This document shows, in pieces, positions 10,178-19,852 of a stretch of DNA of 64,000 nucleotides. Below the pieces are notes generated by a model. That model did not search any database. It was not told the DNA's origin and saw nothing but the letters and a program-made list of their open reading frames with translations. Each line of letters starts with the position of its first letter. The stretch's first letter is position 1. A program made the position numbers and the translations under genes. The DNA comes from Phycisphaerae bacterium (lineage in GTDB: Bacteria; Planctomycetota; Phycisphaerae; UBA1845; Fen-1342): positions 64,001 to 128,000 of the forward strand of contig JASFQK010000014.1 in NCBI GenBank assembly GCA_050115495.1, written 5' to 3'.

Positions 10178-12121
10178 ATGGCCATCAAACAACTGACCGA
10201 AGAACAGATCCACACCATGACGGTCGAGGAGAAGGACCGCTGGTGGCTGGAGAACGTCTACCAGGGTGACGTCCCGCAGATGACCGTGCGGGTCGTCATC
10301 ATGGGCTTCTTCCTCGGCGGACTGCTGTCGATCACCAATCTCTACGTGGGTGCCAAGGCCGGCTGGTCGCTGGGCGTGGCCATCACGGCGGTGATCCTGG
10401 CGTTCGTCTTCTTCAAGGCTTTGGCCAGCGTCGGCCTAGTGGGCAGGTACCACGTGCTGGAGAGCAACATTCTCCAGTCGATCGCCTGCTCCGCCGGCTA
10501 CATGAACGGCCCGCTGATCGCCAGCATGGCTGCCTACATGATGATCACCAACCACGTGATCCCGTGGTGGCAGATGCTCATGTGGCTGCTGGGTATGGCG
10601 CTGCTGGGCGTGCTCTTCGCCTTCCCGCTCAAACGGCGGTTCATCAACGAGGAGCAGCTCCCCTTCCCCGAGGGCCGCGCCGCCGGCGTGGTCATGGACA
10701 CACTGCACAGCGAAGGCGAAGGTGAGGACGCCCGCAAGTCGGTACTGCCGGCCCAGATGCTCGTGATCTTCACGGCCATCGCCGGCCTGTTGAAGTTCCT
10801 GCAGTGGGAACACCTCAAGGTGTTGCTGACCAAGGTGCAACTGAGCTTTCTGCACGTGCCGGAGTATCTCGACGCGTGGTACTACGAGAAGGTCAAGAAC
10901 GCTGGCTGGTGGATGCCGCACATCATGGGCACGCCGCTGCGGGACCTGACGATCCAGCCGCAGTTGGACATCGCCATGGTCGGCGCCGGCGGCCTGATGG
11001 GCATCCGCACCGGCGTGTCGCTGATGATCGGTGCCGTCGTCAACTACTGTATTTTGGCCCCGATCATGATCAACCGCGGCGACCTGCTCGGCACCGTGAA
11101 TGCAGACGGCGTGCTGTCGTTTGGTTTCCGCGCTATCACGACGTGGTCGCTGTGGTGCGGCGTGGCCATGATGACGACCGCCTCGCTGTACTCGTTCTTC
11201 GCCAAGCCGCAGATGTTCCTCAATGCTTTCAAGGGGCTCACCCGCAGGAAGCAGCGCTCGGTCGACTGCCTGAAGCAGATCGAGTTCCCCCTCTGGATCT
11301 CGCTGATCGGGGTGCCGATCGTCGGCGCCTACATGGTGTGGATCGCCCACTGGTTCTTCGGCGTGGCGATCTGGATGGGCATCATCGCCGTGCCGATGGT
11401 CTTCGTCTTCAGCCTGATCGCCGTGAACTCGACGGCGCTGACCTCGATCACGCCGACGGGACCGCTGGGGAAAATCACGCAGCTCGTCTACGGCGGGCTC
11501 GCCCCGGGCAACATCACCACGAATATCGCCACCGCGGGCATCAGCGCCGAGGTCGGCGGCCAGGCCTCCAACCTCATCCAGAACATCAAGCCCGGCTACA
11601 TGCTCGGCGGGAAGCCGCGTCTCCAGGCCATCGGCCACGTGATCGGTGCATTCGCCGGCTCGATCTTCTCCGTGCTCGTCTTCTACCCCCTGTTTCTGAG
11701 AAACAACCCCGCCGGGCTCATCAGCACCGAGTATCCCTATCCGGCGGCGACGATTTGGAAGGCAGTGGCCGAAATCCTCACGCGCGGGCTGGACGAGCTG
11801 ATGATGAGTGCCGTGTGGGCGGCCGTCATTGGCGCGGCCCTGGGCGTCGTCTTCGAGATGATCCGGACGGCCACCAAGGGCCGCTTCTGGATCTCGGGCG
11901 TGGGCATCGGCCTGGCTTTCGTTATCCCGCTCTCACTCTGCTTCGCCATGTTCATGGGCTCCTTCATCTTCTGGGTCGTGCAGCGCTTCTGGCCCCGGCG
12001 CGAGCAGTGGATGAACGAGGTCTTCGTGCAGAACCAGGAATCCATCTGCGCCGGGATCATCGCCGGTGCCGCTCTCGTCGGCGTCGGCCTGATGGCTCTC
12101 GACTTGTGGCTGGGAGGATAG
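10178..12121 (+). CDS. OPT-family oligopeptide transporter
   Basis: NLYVGAKAGW, LPFPEGRAA, KPGYMLGGKPR, YPYPAATIWKAVA; many TM helices; GGAG before ATG 10178. Confidence 0.92.
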   Translation: MAIKQLTEEQIHTMTVEEKDRWWLENVYQGDVPQMTVRVVIMGFFLGGLLSITNLYVGAKAGWSLGVAITAVILAFVFFKALASVGLVGRYHVLESNILQSIACSAGYMNGPLIASMAAYMMITNHVIPWWQMLMWLLGMALLGVLFAFPLKRRFINEEQLPFPEGRAAGVVMDTLHSEGEGEDARKSVLPAQMLVIFTAIAGLLKFLQWEHLKVLLTKVQLSFLHVPEYLDAWYYEKVKNAGWWMPHIMGTPLRDLTIQPQLDIAMVGAGGLMGIRTGVSLMIGAVVNYCILAPIMINRGDLLGTVNADGVLSFGFRAITTWSLWCGVAMMTTASLYSFFAKPQMFLNAFKGLTRRKQRSVDCLKQIEFPLWISLIGVPIVGAYMVWIAHWFFGVAIWMGIIAVPMVFVFSLIAVNSTALTSITPTGPLGKITQLVYGGLAPGNITTNIATAGISAEVGGQASNLIQNIKPGYMLGGKPRLQAIGHVIGAFAGSIFSVLVFYPLFLRNNPAGLISTEYPYPAATIWKAVAEILTRGLDELMMSAVWAAVIGAALGVVFEMIRTATKGRFWISGVGIGLAFVIPLSLCFAMFMGSFIFWVVQRFWPRREQWMNEVFVQNQESICAGIIAGAALVGVGLMALDLWLGG

Positions 12122-12123
12122 CC

Positions 12124-13173
12124 GTGGCCCATCGCGCTGCCTGCGGTCGGTTCTACCTGTGTCTGAGCACTCTGGCCGGGGCGTTGCTGGCGATCGGCCT
12201 GCCGGGCTGTTCTCCGCCGCCGCCCAGCCAGGACGCCCTCTTCTACTACCTCAGCGTCACGCGCTACGGCGGCAGCGTCCGTCGGGCCTGGCCGGCGGGA
12301 CAGGCCTACCTCGACGGCGTCATGACGCAGTACCGCGCGCTGGAGAAGGCGATGCGACCGCTCGACGACCAGCTCGTGGTCGAGTCGCTCTGGCCGGCGG
12401 AGGACCCGCGCTGGACGAACGCCGAAGCCCTCGCCGAGCACATCAAGGAGCTCGACGAGCTGCTCAAGGAAGACGGCGAGCGGGCCAAGTCGCAGACCAA
12501 GGCCGTGGAAGAGCTGACCAAGGCCTTCGACAACCTGCCGAAGGACCTGCCGTTCAACAGCAACCAGGCCCGCGCTGAGTTCGTCGGCCGGTTGTGGACA
12601 GCGCTGGTCGGCAGCCGCCAGCGTTTCGACCAGTACCTGGAAGGCGCGCCGATGCTCGTAGCCGAGCGCCGGGCGCTCTACGCCACGGCCCAGGCCGCAC
12701 TCACGGCCGCCACGCAGCCGGCTTCGCAGCCTACGACGACGCAACCCGACTTCGCGGCGCAGCACGCGGCACTGCTGGACATCCTGAAGAGTTACCGCGC
12801 GTCCCGGGTCGACTACGCGAAACACCGCCTCCCGATGCTGGCCCGCTTCCTCCGCGACATCAACAAGCGCGAAGAGCGGCAGGAGTACGAGCTGCTCTCC
12901 GCCGAGCGGGACAGCCTGCGCAAGGGACTCGAGTCGATCCCCAAATCGCTGCGTGACCGGGCCGAGGCGTTGGCGAAGGAGGTCAGGAAGCTGGAAGACT
13001 CCGTGGGCGAGCCGGGCGCCGACGCAGCCTACGTCCAACGCCGGATCGACTTCGGCAGGAAGTACGCCGAGACGCTGCGGACTCAGGCTACCGACTGGAC
13101 CGCCCGCGTCACTCAGATCGTCAGCAAGGCAGCGGAGAGCGCCGGGCCCGCCGTACGGTCACCCGAAGACTAA
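12124..13173 (+). CDS. Hypothetical helical lipoprotein
   Basis: GGGAGG RBS in the end of the OPT gene, GTG 12124; hydrophobic stretch then LPGC; the 10804 start in the track is a frame shadow over OPT. Confidence 0.7.
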   Translation: MAHRAACGRFYLCLSTLAGALLAIGLPGCSPPPPSQDALFYYLSVTRYGGSVRRAWPAGQAYLDGVMTQYRALEKAMRPLDDQLVVESLWPAEDPRWTNAEALAEHIKELDELLKEDGERAKSQTKAVEELTKAFDNLPKDLPFNSNQARAEFVGRLWTALVGSRQRFDQYLEGAPMLVAERRALYATAQAALTAATQPASQPTTTQPDFAAQHAALLDILKSYRASRVDYAKHRLPMLARFLRDINKREERQEYELLSAERDSLRKGLESIPKSLRDRAEALAKEVRKLEDSVGEPGADAAYVQRRIDFGRKYAETLRTQATDWTARVTQIVSKAAESAGPAVRSPED

Positions 13174-13259
13174 CGCGTCCTCCTCTGCGGCACGCGGTTG
13201 CCATGCGCCGTCGCCTCCGTGATGATACGTGCGCAGCCGCGTAACAGGAGATTTCCTCG

Positions 13260-13760
13260 ATGAAGCATGCATTGCCTCGCGCCGTCGTGGACGCGCCGAC
13301 GCACATGCTGCTGCTTCTGCCCGGCGACGCCACCGTCACCTTCTACCTCCGTGAAGATGAGTTCACCGCGGCCCGTTATCCGAAGGGCTGCCGTGTCGAG
13401 TATATGTTCCCGGTCTGGGATGACGGGCAGGTGATGTGCCCGGTCCTGCTGGCGCAGCTCGCCGGTCGCCACATCGGCACGTTCGATCGCTGGATTAACG
13501 CCGCTGAACCGGAGGGGCTGCGCCTCGTGCAGCTTCTCGCTTCGCAGAAGTCGCTCGACTTGCACCTGGTGACCGATCGCATGCTCCGCTCGTTCTCGCA
13601 GGCCAACTACCTCGCCGGTAAGGCCGCCGGTCTCGTCGCGACGCTGCGCGTCCGCCGCTCGTGGACGTGTGAGGAGTACAACGAGCGCCGCCAGCGGCTG
13701 GAAACGCTGTATCCCTCGCCGGAGCGACTTTGGCGGGCCGCCCGCGAAATGAAGCAATGA
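13260..13760 (+). CDS. Hypothetical protein
   Basis: AGGAG RBS; GC3-biased codons; no motif recognised. Confidence 0.7.
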   Translation: MKHALPRAVVDAPTHMLLLLPGDATVTFYLREDEFTAARYPKGCRVEYMFPVWDDGQVMCPVLLAQLAGRHIGTFDRWINAAEPEGLRLVQLLASQKSLDLHLVTDRMLRSFSQANYLAGKAAGLVATLRVRRSWTCEEYNERRQRLETLYPSPERLWRAAREMKQ

Positions 13761-13816
13761 AGCACTGATCCCCGGCGCCCCGCAGCAGGACCCCAGCCCA
13801 TGCGAGCATCATCGCC

Positions 13817-15781
13817 ATGAGTCGCGCGTGGCGGTTCTGGACGGCGACGGTACTGCTGGCCCTGGCGGGCACGGGCCTGGTGCTGTGGCGAGCCTGGGGC
13901 TGCGACGACGCCTTCATCACCTTCCGCTATGTGCAGAACACGCTCGCCGGCTACGGCCCGGTGTTCAACGTCGGCGAGCGCGTGCAGGGCTTCACGCACC
14001 CGCTGTGGTTCGTGCTGCTGCTGGCTGGCGGATTCTGCGCCGATGTGTATGCGGTCGCCGTTGTGCTCGGCCTCGCCGCCACGGCCGCCCTGTTCCTCAT
14101 CGTCGCTCGCACGTGGCGCGAACGGCTGAACGGCTGGTGGCAACTGCTGGTGGTCGCCGCCCTGCTGCTGAGCTCACGCGCATTCGTCGAGTACCAGACG
14201 TCCGGGCTGGAGACGTCGCTGACCAGCCTGCTCGTGGCGTCGCTGACGCTGACCGTGCTGTGCCGGCCGCAGTCAATTCTGCTGCCGAGCGTGCTGTGCG
14301 GTCTGCTGGTGTTCAACCGGGCGGATCTTGTCGTTCTTTGTGGCCCGATCGCCGGCTGGCTCGTCTGGCGAGCCTGGACCGAAGGCAGGTGGCGAGCGCT
14401 GCTGGCCGGAGCCGTACTGCCGGCGGCATGGTTCGGCTTCGCCACGATCTACTACGGCAGCCCCCTGCCCAACACGGCGTACGCCAAGGTCGCCTTCCCG
14501 CTGGCCGTCGCCCTGCGGCACGGTGCGGCGTACATCGCCGACTACGCTCTGCATGAACCGCTGCACGCCCTGCTGATCGCGATTGTGCTCGTCGCGGGCA
14601 CCGGCATCGCCATTCGGGACGTTCGCCAGCGACAGCGTGGCGCCGGGGCGCTGACCGCCGTCATAGTCGGTCTGTGGCTGAATCTCGCCTACGTTGCTTT
14701 CGTCGGCGGCGATTTCATGCGCGGGCGGTTCATGCTGCCGGCGCTCGTCGTCAGTGCGGTCGCCGCGGCCTGGCTGCTCGGCCAGGGGTGGCAGGAGCGT
14801 GATCCCGCCAGCCCGCTGACACTCGCCATCGGCACGCTTCTGCCGATCGTCTGCTGTCTGAAGATACTGCTCGAAGGCGGGGAGCACCTGTTCCAGGCGA
14901 CGCTCGATGACACGCAATCGCGGTCCCTGATCGTCGGCGGCGTGGTCTGTCTCCTGCTGCTGATCGGGGGCTTGAGCCGGATTCGGCGGTCGCGACTCCG
15001 GGGTGTGCTCCCCGGTCTGGCCGCCGCCCTGCTGTGCGTTATCCTGGCCCGGAGCTACGACAAGCTGCCGCGGGAGGCCGCGACGATCCTCGGGTTGAGC
15101 TGCGCGGCCGGCGCGATTTGCCTCGCGCGTTGGGTCCAGGGCCGACCGGTGCGGTCGCCGGCGCTGGCGGGGCTCGTGGCGCTCCTGCCCGCCGTGGTGC
15201 TCGCCGGTTTCGATCTTCCGGGCCGGGCCACGCCGCCGGCCCGTGCGACGGTCATCGCCGACGAGTGGATCTGCTACGCCGGCGGGTGGGACGAGAACCC
15301 GTTCCGCGAGCCGGTCCAGCGGACGAACGCCACCGTGCACGTCTGGGTGCAGCAGGGTCTGGCCGCCGCCCGCTACGCCGAGACGTACGGACCGATCGCC
15401 GTCACGCAGCGTTCGATCGGTCTGTTCGGCTATCACGCCGGCCCCCGCGTCCACGTGATCGACCGCCACGGGCTCACCGACGCATACATCGCCCGCTGTC
15501 CGGCAGATCCGGCGTCACGCGTCGGCCATCTGCGTCATGAAATCCCCACCGGCTACCTCGAATCGCTCGGGGCCATCGACCTGCTGCCACACGGATTCGA
15601 ACGGATGGAGCGGCTCGACCCCAGCCTGCGCCCCCAGGCTCTCGCCATGCAGCGCAACGCCCGCTGGGCCGACGACGACGCCCGCGAGCGGGCCCAACGC
15701 GTACACGACATGATCGCCGGCGGAATCTGGCGGGTTGAGCGACTCTGGCGCATACCGGCGTATGCTGGCGGCGGCTGGTAG
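13817..15781 (+). CDS. GT-C type integral membrane glycosyltransferase (AftB-like)
   Basis: DDAFITFRY..N..AG.GPVFNVGERVQGFTHPLW; YYG..LPNTAYAK; GGDFMRGRF; GLTD..IAR..RVGH. Confidence 0.75.
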   Translation: MSRAWRFWTATVLLALAGTGLVLWRAWGCDDAFITFRYVQNTLAGYGPVFNVGERVQGFTHPLWFVLLLAGGFCADVYAVAVVLGLAATAALFLIVARTWRERLNGWWQLLVVAALLLSSRAFVEYQTSGLETSLTSLLVASLTLTVLCRPQSILLPSVLCGLLVFNRADLVVLCGPIAGWLVWRAWTEGRWRALLAGAVLPAAWFGFATIYYGSPLPNTAYAKVAFPLAVALRHGAAYIADYALHEPLHALLIAIVLVAGTGIAIRDVRQRQRGAGALTAVIVGLWLNLAYVAFVGGDFMRGRFMLPALVVSAVAAAWLLGQGWQERDPASPLTLAIGTLLPIVCCLKILLEGGEHLFQATLDDTQSRSLIVGGVVCLLLLIGGLSRIRRSRLRGVLPGLAAALLCVILARSYDKLPREAATILGLSCAAGAICLARWVQGRPVRSPALAGLVALLPAVVLAGFDLPGRATPPARATVIADEWICYAGGWDENPFREPVQRTNATVHVWVQQGLAAARYAETYGPIAVTQRSIGLFGYHAGPRVHVIDRHGLTDAYIARCPADPASRVGHLRHEIPTGYLESLGAIDLLPHGFERMERLDPSLRPQALAMQRNARWADDDARERAQRVHDMIAGGIWRVERLWRIPAYAGGGW

Positions 15782-15785
15782 CGCC

Positions 15786-16925
15786 TTACTCCAATTGCTG
15801 CAATTCGTCGAGGAACGCCTTCGGGTGATTGGCCCACTTCTCGGCTTCCATGGGCGTGATCTCGCCGGCGAGGGCCAGCTTGGCCAGCGATCGCTCCAGC
15901 GTGATCATGCGCTCTTCGGGGATGTCCTTCGTGCGGCTCTGCAACTGCGTGTAGATCTGCTCGAGCTTGACCAGCCGAATGAGGTTCGAGACGGCGTACG
16001 TGTTGTTCAGCACCTCCATCGCCACGACGCGCCCGTTCCCGTCGGCTCGCGGCACGAGCTTCTGGGCGATCACGTGGCTCAGACCGAGCGAGAGCTGGTT
16101 GGAGACCTCGTCCTGCTGCCCCTCGGGGAACATGTCCAGAATACGCGTGATCGTGCCGCGTACGTCGCGGGTGTGCAGCGTCGAGAACACCAGGTGCCCC
16201 GTCTCGGCTGCGGTCAGCGTCCACGCGGTCGCCTCGCGGTCGCGCATCTCGCCGACGAAGATGACGTCCGGGTCCTCGCGCAGGCAGTCGCGCAGGCCAC
16301 GCTCGAAGCTGGGCACGTCGCGGCCGACCTCGCGCTGCGAGATGAGCGCCTGCTTGCTGTGCAGGACGTACTCGATCGGGTCCTCCAGCGTGAAGATGCG
16401 GCAGGGCCGCGTTTCGGCGATGCGGTTGATGAGCGAGGCGATCGTCGTCGATTTGCCCGCGCCGGTGATCCCCGTCACCAGCACCAGGCCGTGCTGCTTC
16501 CTAACGATGTCCTGCCAGACGGCGTTCGGGAAGCCGATGTCCTCGACCTTGGGCGGGTCGCTGTCCAGGGCCCGCACCGCCAGGGCCAGCCCGTCGCTCT
16601 CATGAAAGCAGTTCAGCCGGAACTGCATGCCCGCGCCCAGGTACGAGCTGTCCACCGAACGACTCGTGTCCAGCGTCGCCCATTCGGCGTCGCTGAGCAG
16701 CGTTCGCGCCAGGGCGGCGACCGTCTCCGGCTCCATCGGCGGGCCTTTGAGCTTCTGGAGGTTGCCGTCGATGCGGTAGATCGGCGGGCTGCCCGCCTTC
16801 AAGTGCAGGTCGGAGACGCGCAACGAGCCGTGGCGGGCGAAGTACTCGAGCAGGTCCCGCATGCTCAGCTTCTTCTGCTCGCTGATCGCGTACAGCTTGG
16901 TGTCCTGGTCGGGGCGGTCGCTCAT
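15786..16925 (-). CDS. pilT: PilT/PilU-family type IV pilus retraction ATPase
   Basis: SDLHLKAG, Walker A GITGAGKST, TLEDPIEY, LREDPDVIFVGEMRD, AETGHLVFSTLHT; start overlaps upstream stop. Confidence 0.88.
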   Translation of the reverse strand: MSDRPDQDTKLYAISEQKKLSMRDLLEYFARHGSLRVSDLHLKAGSPPIYRIDGNLQKLKGPPMEPETVAALARTLLSDAEWATLDTSRSVDSSYLGAGMQFRLNCFHESDGLALAVRALDSDPPKVEDIGFPNAVWQDIVRKQHGLVLVTGITGAGKSTTIASLINRIAETRPCRIFTLEDPIEYVLHSKQALISQREVGRDVPSFERGLRDCLREDPDVIFVGEMRDREATAWTLTAAETGHLVFSTLHTRDVRGTITRILDMFPEGQQDEVSNQLSLGLSHVIAQKLVPRADGNGRVVAMEVLNNTYAVSNLIRLVKLEQIYTQLQSRTKDIPEERMITLERSLAKLALAGEITPMEAEKWANHPKAFLDELQQLE

Positions 16926-17239
16926 GCTGACTCCTTCGACGACTTCCCGTAGCACATCGGGCACAGTCGCTCACCAGAAGGCAGATGGTACACCTTGCCC
17001 GGCTGCCCGCAACGATGGCACAGGCCACTGCCCGTGGGTGGCAGACGCTTGCCGCCGGGCCCGACCCGCCCGCGCTCGGCCTCGGCCTGCCCGCGGCGCA
17101 TCCGCATGTGCCAGAACCACATCTTGATACCGGTCCAACCCACCAGCAAAACCACGAGCAGGAAGCCCAGTACAATCAGCGCCCCGATAATCAGGTAGAT
17201 GTTCATGCCGAACATCCGCAGTTGTGCGAGCATGTACAT
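16922..17239 (-). CDS. Small single-TM protein with C-terminal CxxC...CxxC zinc ribbon
   Basis: GGAGG RBS; TM helix; CHRC and CPMC; ATGA overlap with pilT. Confidence 0.7.
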   Translation of the reverse strand: MYMLAQLRMFGMNIYLIIGALIVLGFLLVVLLVGWTGIKMWFWHMRMRRGQAEAERGRVGPGGKRLPPTGSGLCHRCGQPGKVYHLPSGERLCPMCYGKSSKESA

Positions 17240-17307
17240 GAGGGGACCTCCACTTACCCAGATGGTGCACCGAATTGTACCGGCCCGGGGAAGAGAGCTG
17301 AGCTTTC

Positions 17308-17454
17308 AGATCTCAGATTTGAGACCTCAGACTGGCGGGCGAGACGCCCGCCCCACCCCAGTTGGAGGCTGTCCCCCCGCCGGATGTCGGCGGCCCTACC
17401 GTCTCGCCGGACCAGCCCCCGCCGGCAAAATCTGAAATCTCAAATCTGAGATCT
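17308..17454. repeat. Inverted-repeat element bounded by heptamer-repeat arms (MITE/REP-like)
   Basis: AGATCTCAGATTTGAGACCTCAGACT (17308-17333) vs AATCTGAAATCTCAAATCTGAGATCT (17429-17454), 23/26 complementary; related arm at 21068-21091. Confidence 0.65.
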
Positions 17455-17490
17455 TCCCCTGTCAGCCTTTGTCGAATCCGGGATTCCGGC

Positions 17491-17537
17491 TTGACAGCCC
17501 GGCCCGGCTGGTCGATACTGTAAGTGAATACTTACAG
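17491..17537 (+). promoter_or_regulatory. Sigma70 promoter plus palindromic TetR operator
   Basis: TTGACA(17491)-17 nt-GATACT(17514); CTGTAAGT-GAAT-ACTTACAG at 17518-17537. Confidence 0.8.
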
Positions 17538-17567
17538 TTGCGGCGGATGGCCGCCGCGAGGTTCCGC

Positions 17568-18161
17568 ATGGCCCGACCCAGCAATACGGATGAGCGACGC
17601 AAGGCCCTGGTGCCCGTGGTCGCCCACACCTTCGCCGAGCTCGGCTACCGCCGAACGACCACGGCGGTGCTCGCCCGCCGGTGCGAGGTGCAGGAGAACA
17701 TCCTCTATCGTCTCTGGGCCGACAAGAAGGCCATGTTCATCGCCGCCATCGAGTACGTGTACGAGATGTCGGTCGCCATCTGGCGGAAGATGCTCCAGGC
17801 CCAGGACGACGGCCGGACGACGGCCGAGCGGCTGCTGGCGTACGAGGCGGAGCACTTCGGCGAGTTCGGGCACTACCGCATCGTCTTTGCCGGGCTGAGC
17901 GAGACGGATGATCCCGACATCCGGGCCGCCCTGGCCGACATGTACCGTCGCTACCACCGCTTCATCCAGCGGGAGATCCGGGCCCACCGCGAGGAGCGGG
18001 GCTGCGACGGCGCCCCGGAGGCGACACTGGCCGCCTGGGCGGTGATCGGGCTCGGCACGGTGACCGGTATCGCCCGCGAGCTGACCCTGCTCGGCGACCG
18101 ACAACGGCGGCGGGCCTTCGGCGAGATCGGACGAACGTTACTGGAGGGCGCGACGGACTGA
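17568..18161 (+). CDS. TetR/AcrR family transcriptional regulator
   Basis: MARP start; FAELGYRRTTTAVLARRCEVQENILYRLWADKKAMF helix-turn-helix; GAGG RBS. Confidence 0.9.
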   Translation: MARPSNTDERRKALVPVVAHTFAELGYRRTTTAVLARRCEVQENILYRLWADKKAMFIAAIEYVYEMSVAIWRKMLQAQDDGRTTAERLLAYEAEHFGEFGHYRIVFAGLSETDDPDIRAALADMYRRYHRFIQREIRAHREERGCDGAPEATLAAWAVIGLGTVTGIARELTLLGDRQRRRAFGEIGRTLLEGATD

Positions 18162-18190
18162 GGACGCCCGCCCCGTTTTTTTGAACATCG

Positions 18191-18208
18191 TGTAAGTGAA
18201 TGCTTACA
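18191..18208. promoter_or_regulatory. Second copy of the TetR operator
   Basis: TGTAAGTGAATGCTTACA, 17/18 identical to 17519-17536. Confidence 0.8.
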
Positions 18209-18237
18209 ATTGGCCGGACCGCAAGCAGGAGGATGAC

Positions 18238-19815
18238 ATGAGACCCCTACCGTACATCTCGATCGCGGCTGTCGGAGTGATGCTACTGCTCGCCCTGAGC
18301 GTCGTCGGTTGCCAGAGCGCCGTCGATCGCCAGGCCGCCGAGCTGTTCGAAGCCAAGCTCGGCAACACGTCCATCACCGTTTTCGCCACCTATGTCCGGG
18401 ACGGCGAAACACCCACGTACGATCCGGCGTCCGCCGGCGAGATCGGCGATCTGCTCGCCAACGACGGCGTGGCCACGGTCACGCAGGACGCCAGCGAGGT
18501 TCCGATCACCAGCGAGTGGGGTATGAACGAGGCTCGCATGTTCCAGGAAAGCCTCGCCAACTTCACCGCCTATCTCGGCGAGCACCCGCTCACGACGGAG
18601 TACGGCCTGCTCGCCGAGTACCTCATCGGCGGACAAGGCGTGCCCGTCGGCGTGCACATCTACGTGGTCGACGGCGAGGGCCGCTGTGCCTACGGCACGG
18701 GCGTGAATTCGCACCACGACGCGTTCAACAGCGTCAATCCGCAGAACGTCGCGGACTGCACCACGATCGCACTCAACGTCCTAAATGACGACCTCGTCGC
18801 CAAGCTGGCCGCGAAGCCGGCGGCTGCCGCCGGCAACCTGGGACCGGACACGTCGGTGACGGTTCTGCCCATCGCGATGGCGGGCAATGCGTCGAAGGAT
18901 GTGGCGGACGTCGTCGGCCTGATCCTCGAGCGGGACGGCATGCCGAACGTGTGGACGACCGCGACGACCTACGCGCCGGCGGCCGAGGCCGTCTGGGAAG
19001 ACGTCATCACCGGCTTCGGCGAGTTCATCGTCGCCAATCCGATCGACACCGACGTCGCCGTCTACGGCCAATATCTCGGCAAACCGGGCGTGGGCGTCGA
19101 CGAAGTCCGCGCCGTCATCGTGGACCGGGCGGGGAATGTGCTGTGGTCCGACCGCCAGACGCCCGACGACGCCGACTTCCAGCGGATCAACCCGCGAAAC
19201 CCGATGACCTGCTGCATGCTGCTGGGCGAGCGGCTGCACACGCCGTTCGGGCTGTCGTCGGCGACGGCCGGCCGCGTCGGCGAAGGTCGCATGGCCCGGC
19301 TGTGGAAAGAGAAGTCCGGCACGCCGACAGACGAAGAGCAGTCGGCGATCCGTGCCCGGCAGCAGACGATGAAGGCGGCCCGAGCCACGACGACGCTCAG
19401 CGTATACCCCGTGCTCGCCGGTCCCGAGCCGAACCGGGCGCAGGCGGAGAATCTGGCCGGGCTGCTGGCCACGGACCTGTCGATGACGACGGTCGTCGCC
19501 GACCGGGACGTGCGGCTGCAAGTACCGCCGAACAGCAACGAGCAGCGCCGGTTATGGGACCTCGCCCGCGCGTTCCAGGCGGAGGTTCGCGAGAATCCCC
19601 CCGCCGGCGATTACGCCCTCTACGCCGAGTACGTCATTCGCACCAGCGATCAGAAGGTCTGGTCGGTGCACTTCGTGGTGTGCGACAAGGCCGGCGAGCT
19701 GGTGGTCGTCGATTTCCAGAACGAGTACCAGCCGGACTTCGTCGCCCTGCGTCCGCGGACCGTCGAGGACTGCAACAAACTGGTGGCCGTGCGTCTGGCC
19801 CACTGTCTGGAGTAG
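18238..19815 (+). CDS. Lipoprotein with three internal repeats of about 150-190 aa
   Basis: AGGAGG RBS; lipobox VVGC; three aligned repeats. Confidence 0.8.
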   Translation: MRPLPYISIAAVGVMLLLALSVVGCQSAVDRQAAELFEAKLGNTSITVFATYVRDGETPTYDPASAGEIGDLLANDGVATVTQDASEVPITSEWGMNEARMFQESLANFTAYLGEHPLTTEYGLLAEYLIGGQGVPVGVHIYVVDGEGRCAYGTGVNSHHDAFNSVNPQNVADCTTIALNVLNDDLVAKLAAKPAAAAGNLGPDTSVTVLPIAMAGNASKDVADVVGLILERDGMPNVWTTATTYAPAAEAVWEDVITGFGEFIVANPIDTDVAVYGQYLGKPGVGVDEVRAVIVDRAGNVLWSDRQTPDDADFQRINPRNPMTCCMLLGERLHTPFGLSSATAGRVGEGRMARLWKEKSGTPTDEEQSAIRARQQTMKAARATTTLSVYPVLAGPEPNRAQAENLAGLLATDLSMTTVVADRDVRLQVPPNSNEQRRLWDLARAFQAEVRENPPAGDYALYAEYVIRTSDQKVWSVHFVVCDKAGELVVVDFQNEYQPDFVALRPRTVEDCNKLVAVRLAHCLE

Positions 19816-19852
19816 CTGACCGAACGGGCCGGTTGCCGTGAGGCACACGAGC

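Noticed and set aside
10804..12123. N-terminal 440 aa of the 789-aa track ORF
   Set aside because: Alternative frame over the OPT gene with Arg/His/Pro-rich composition; the real gene starts near 12124.
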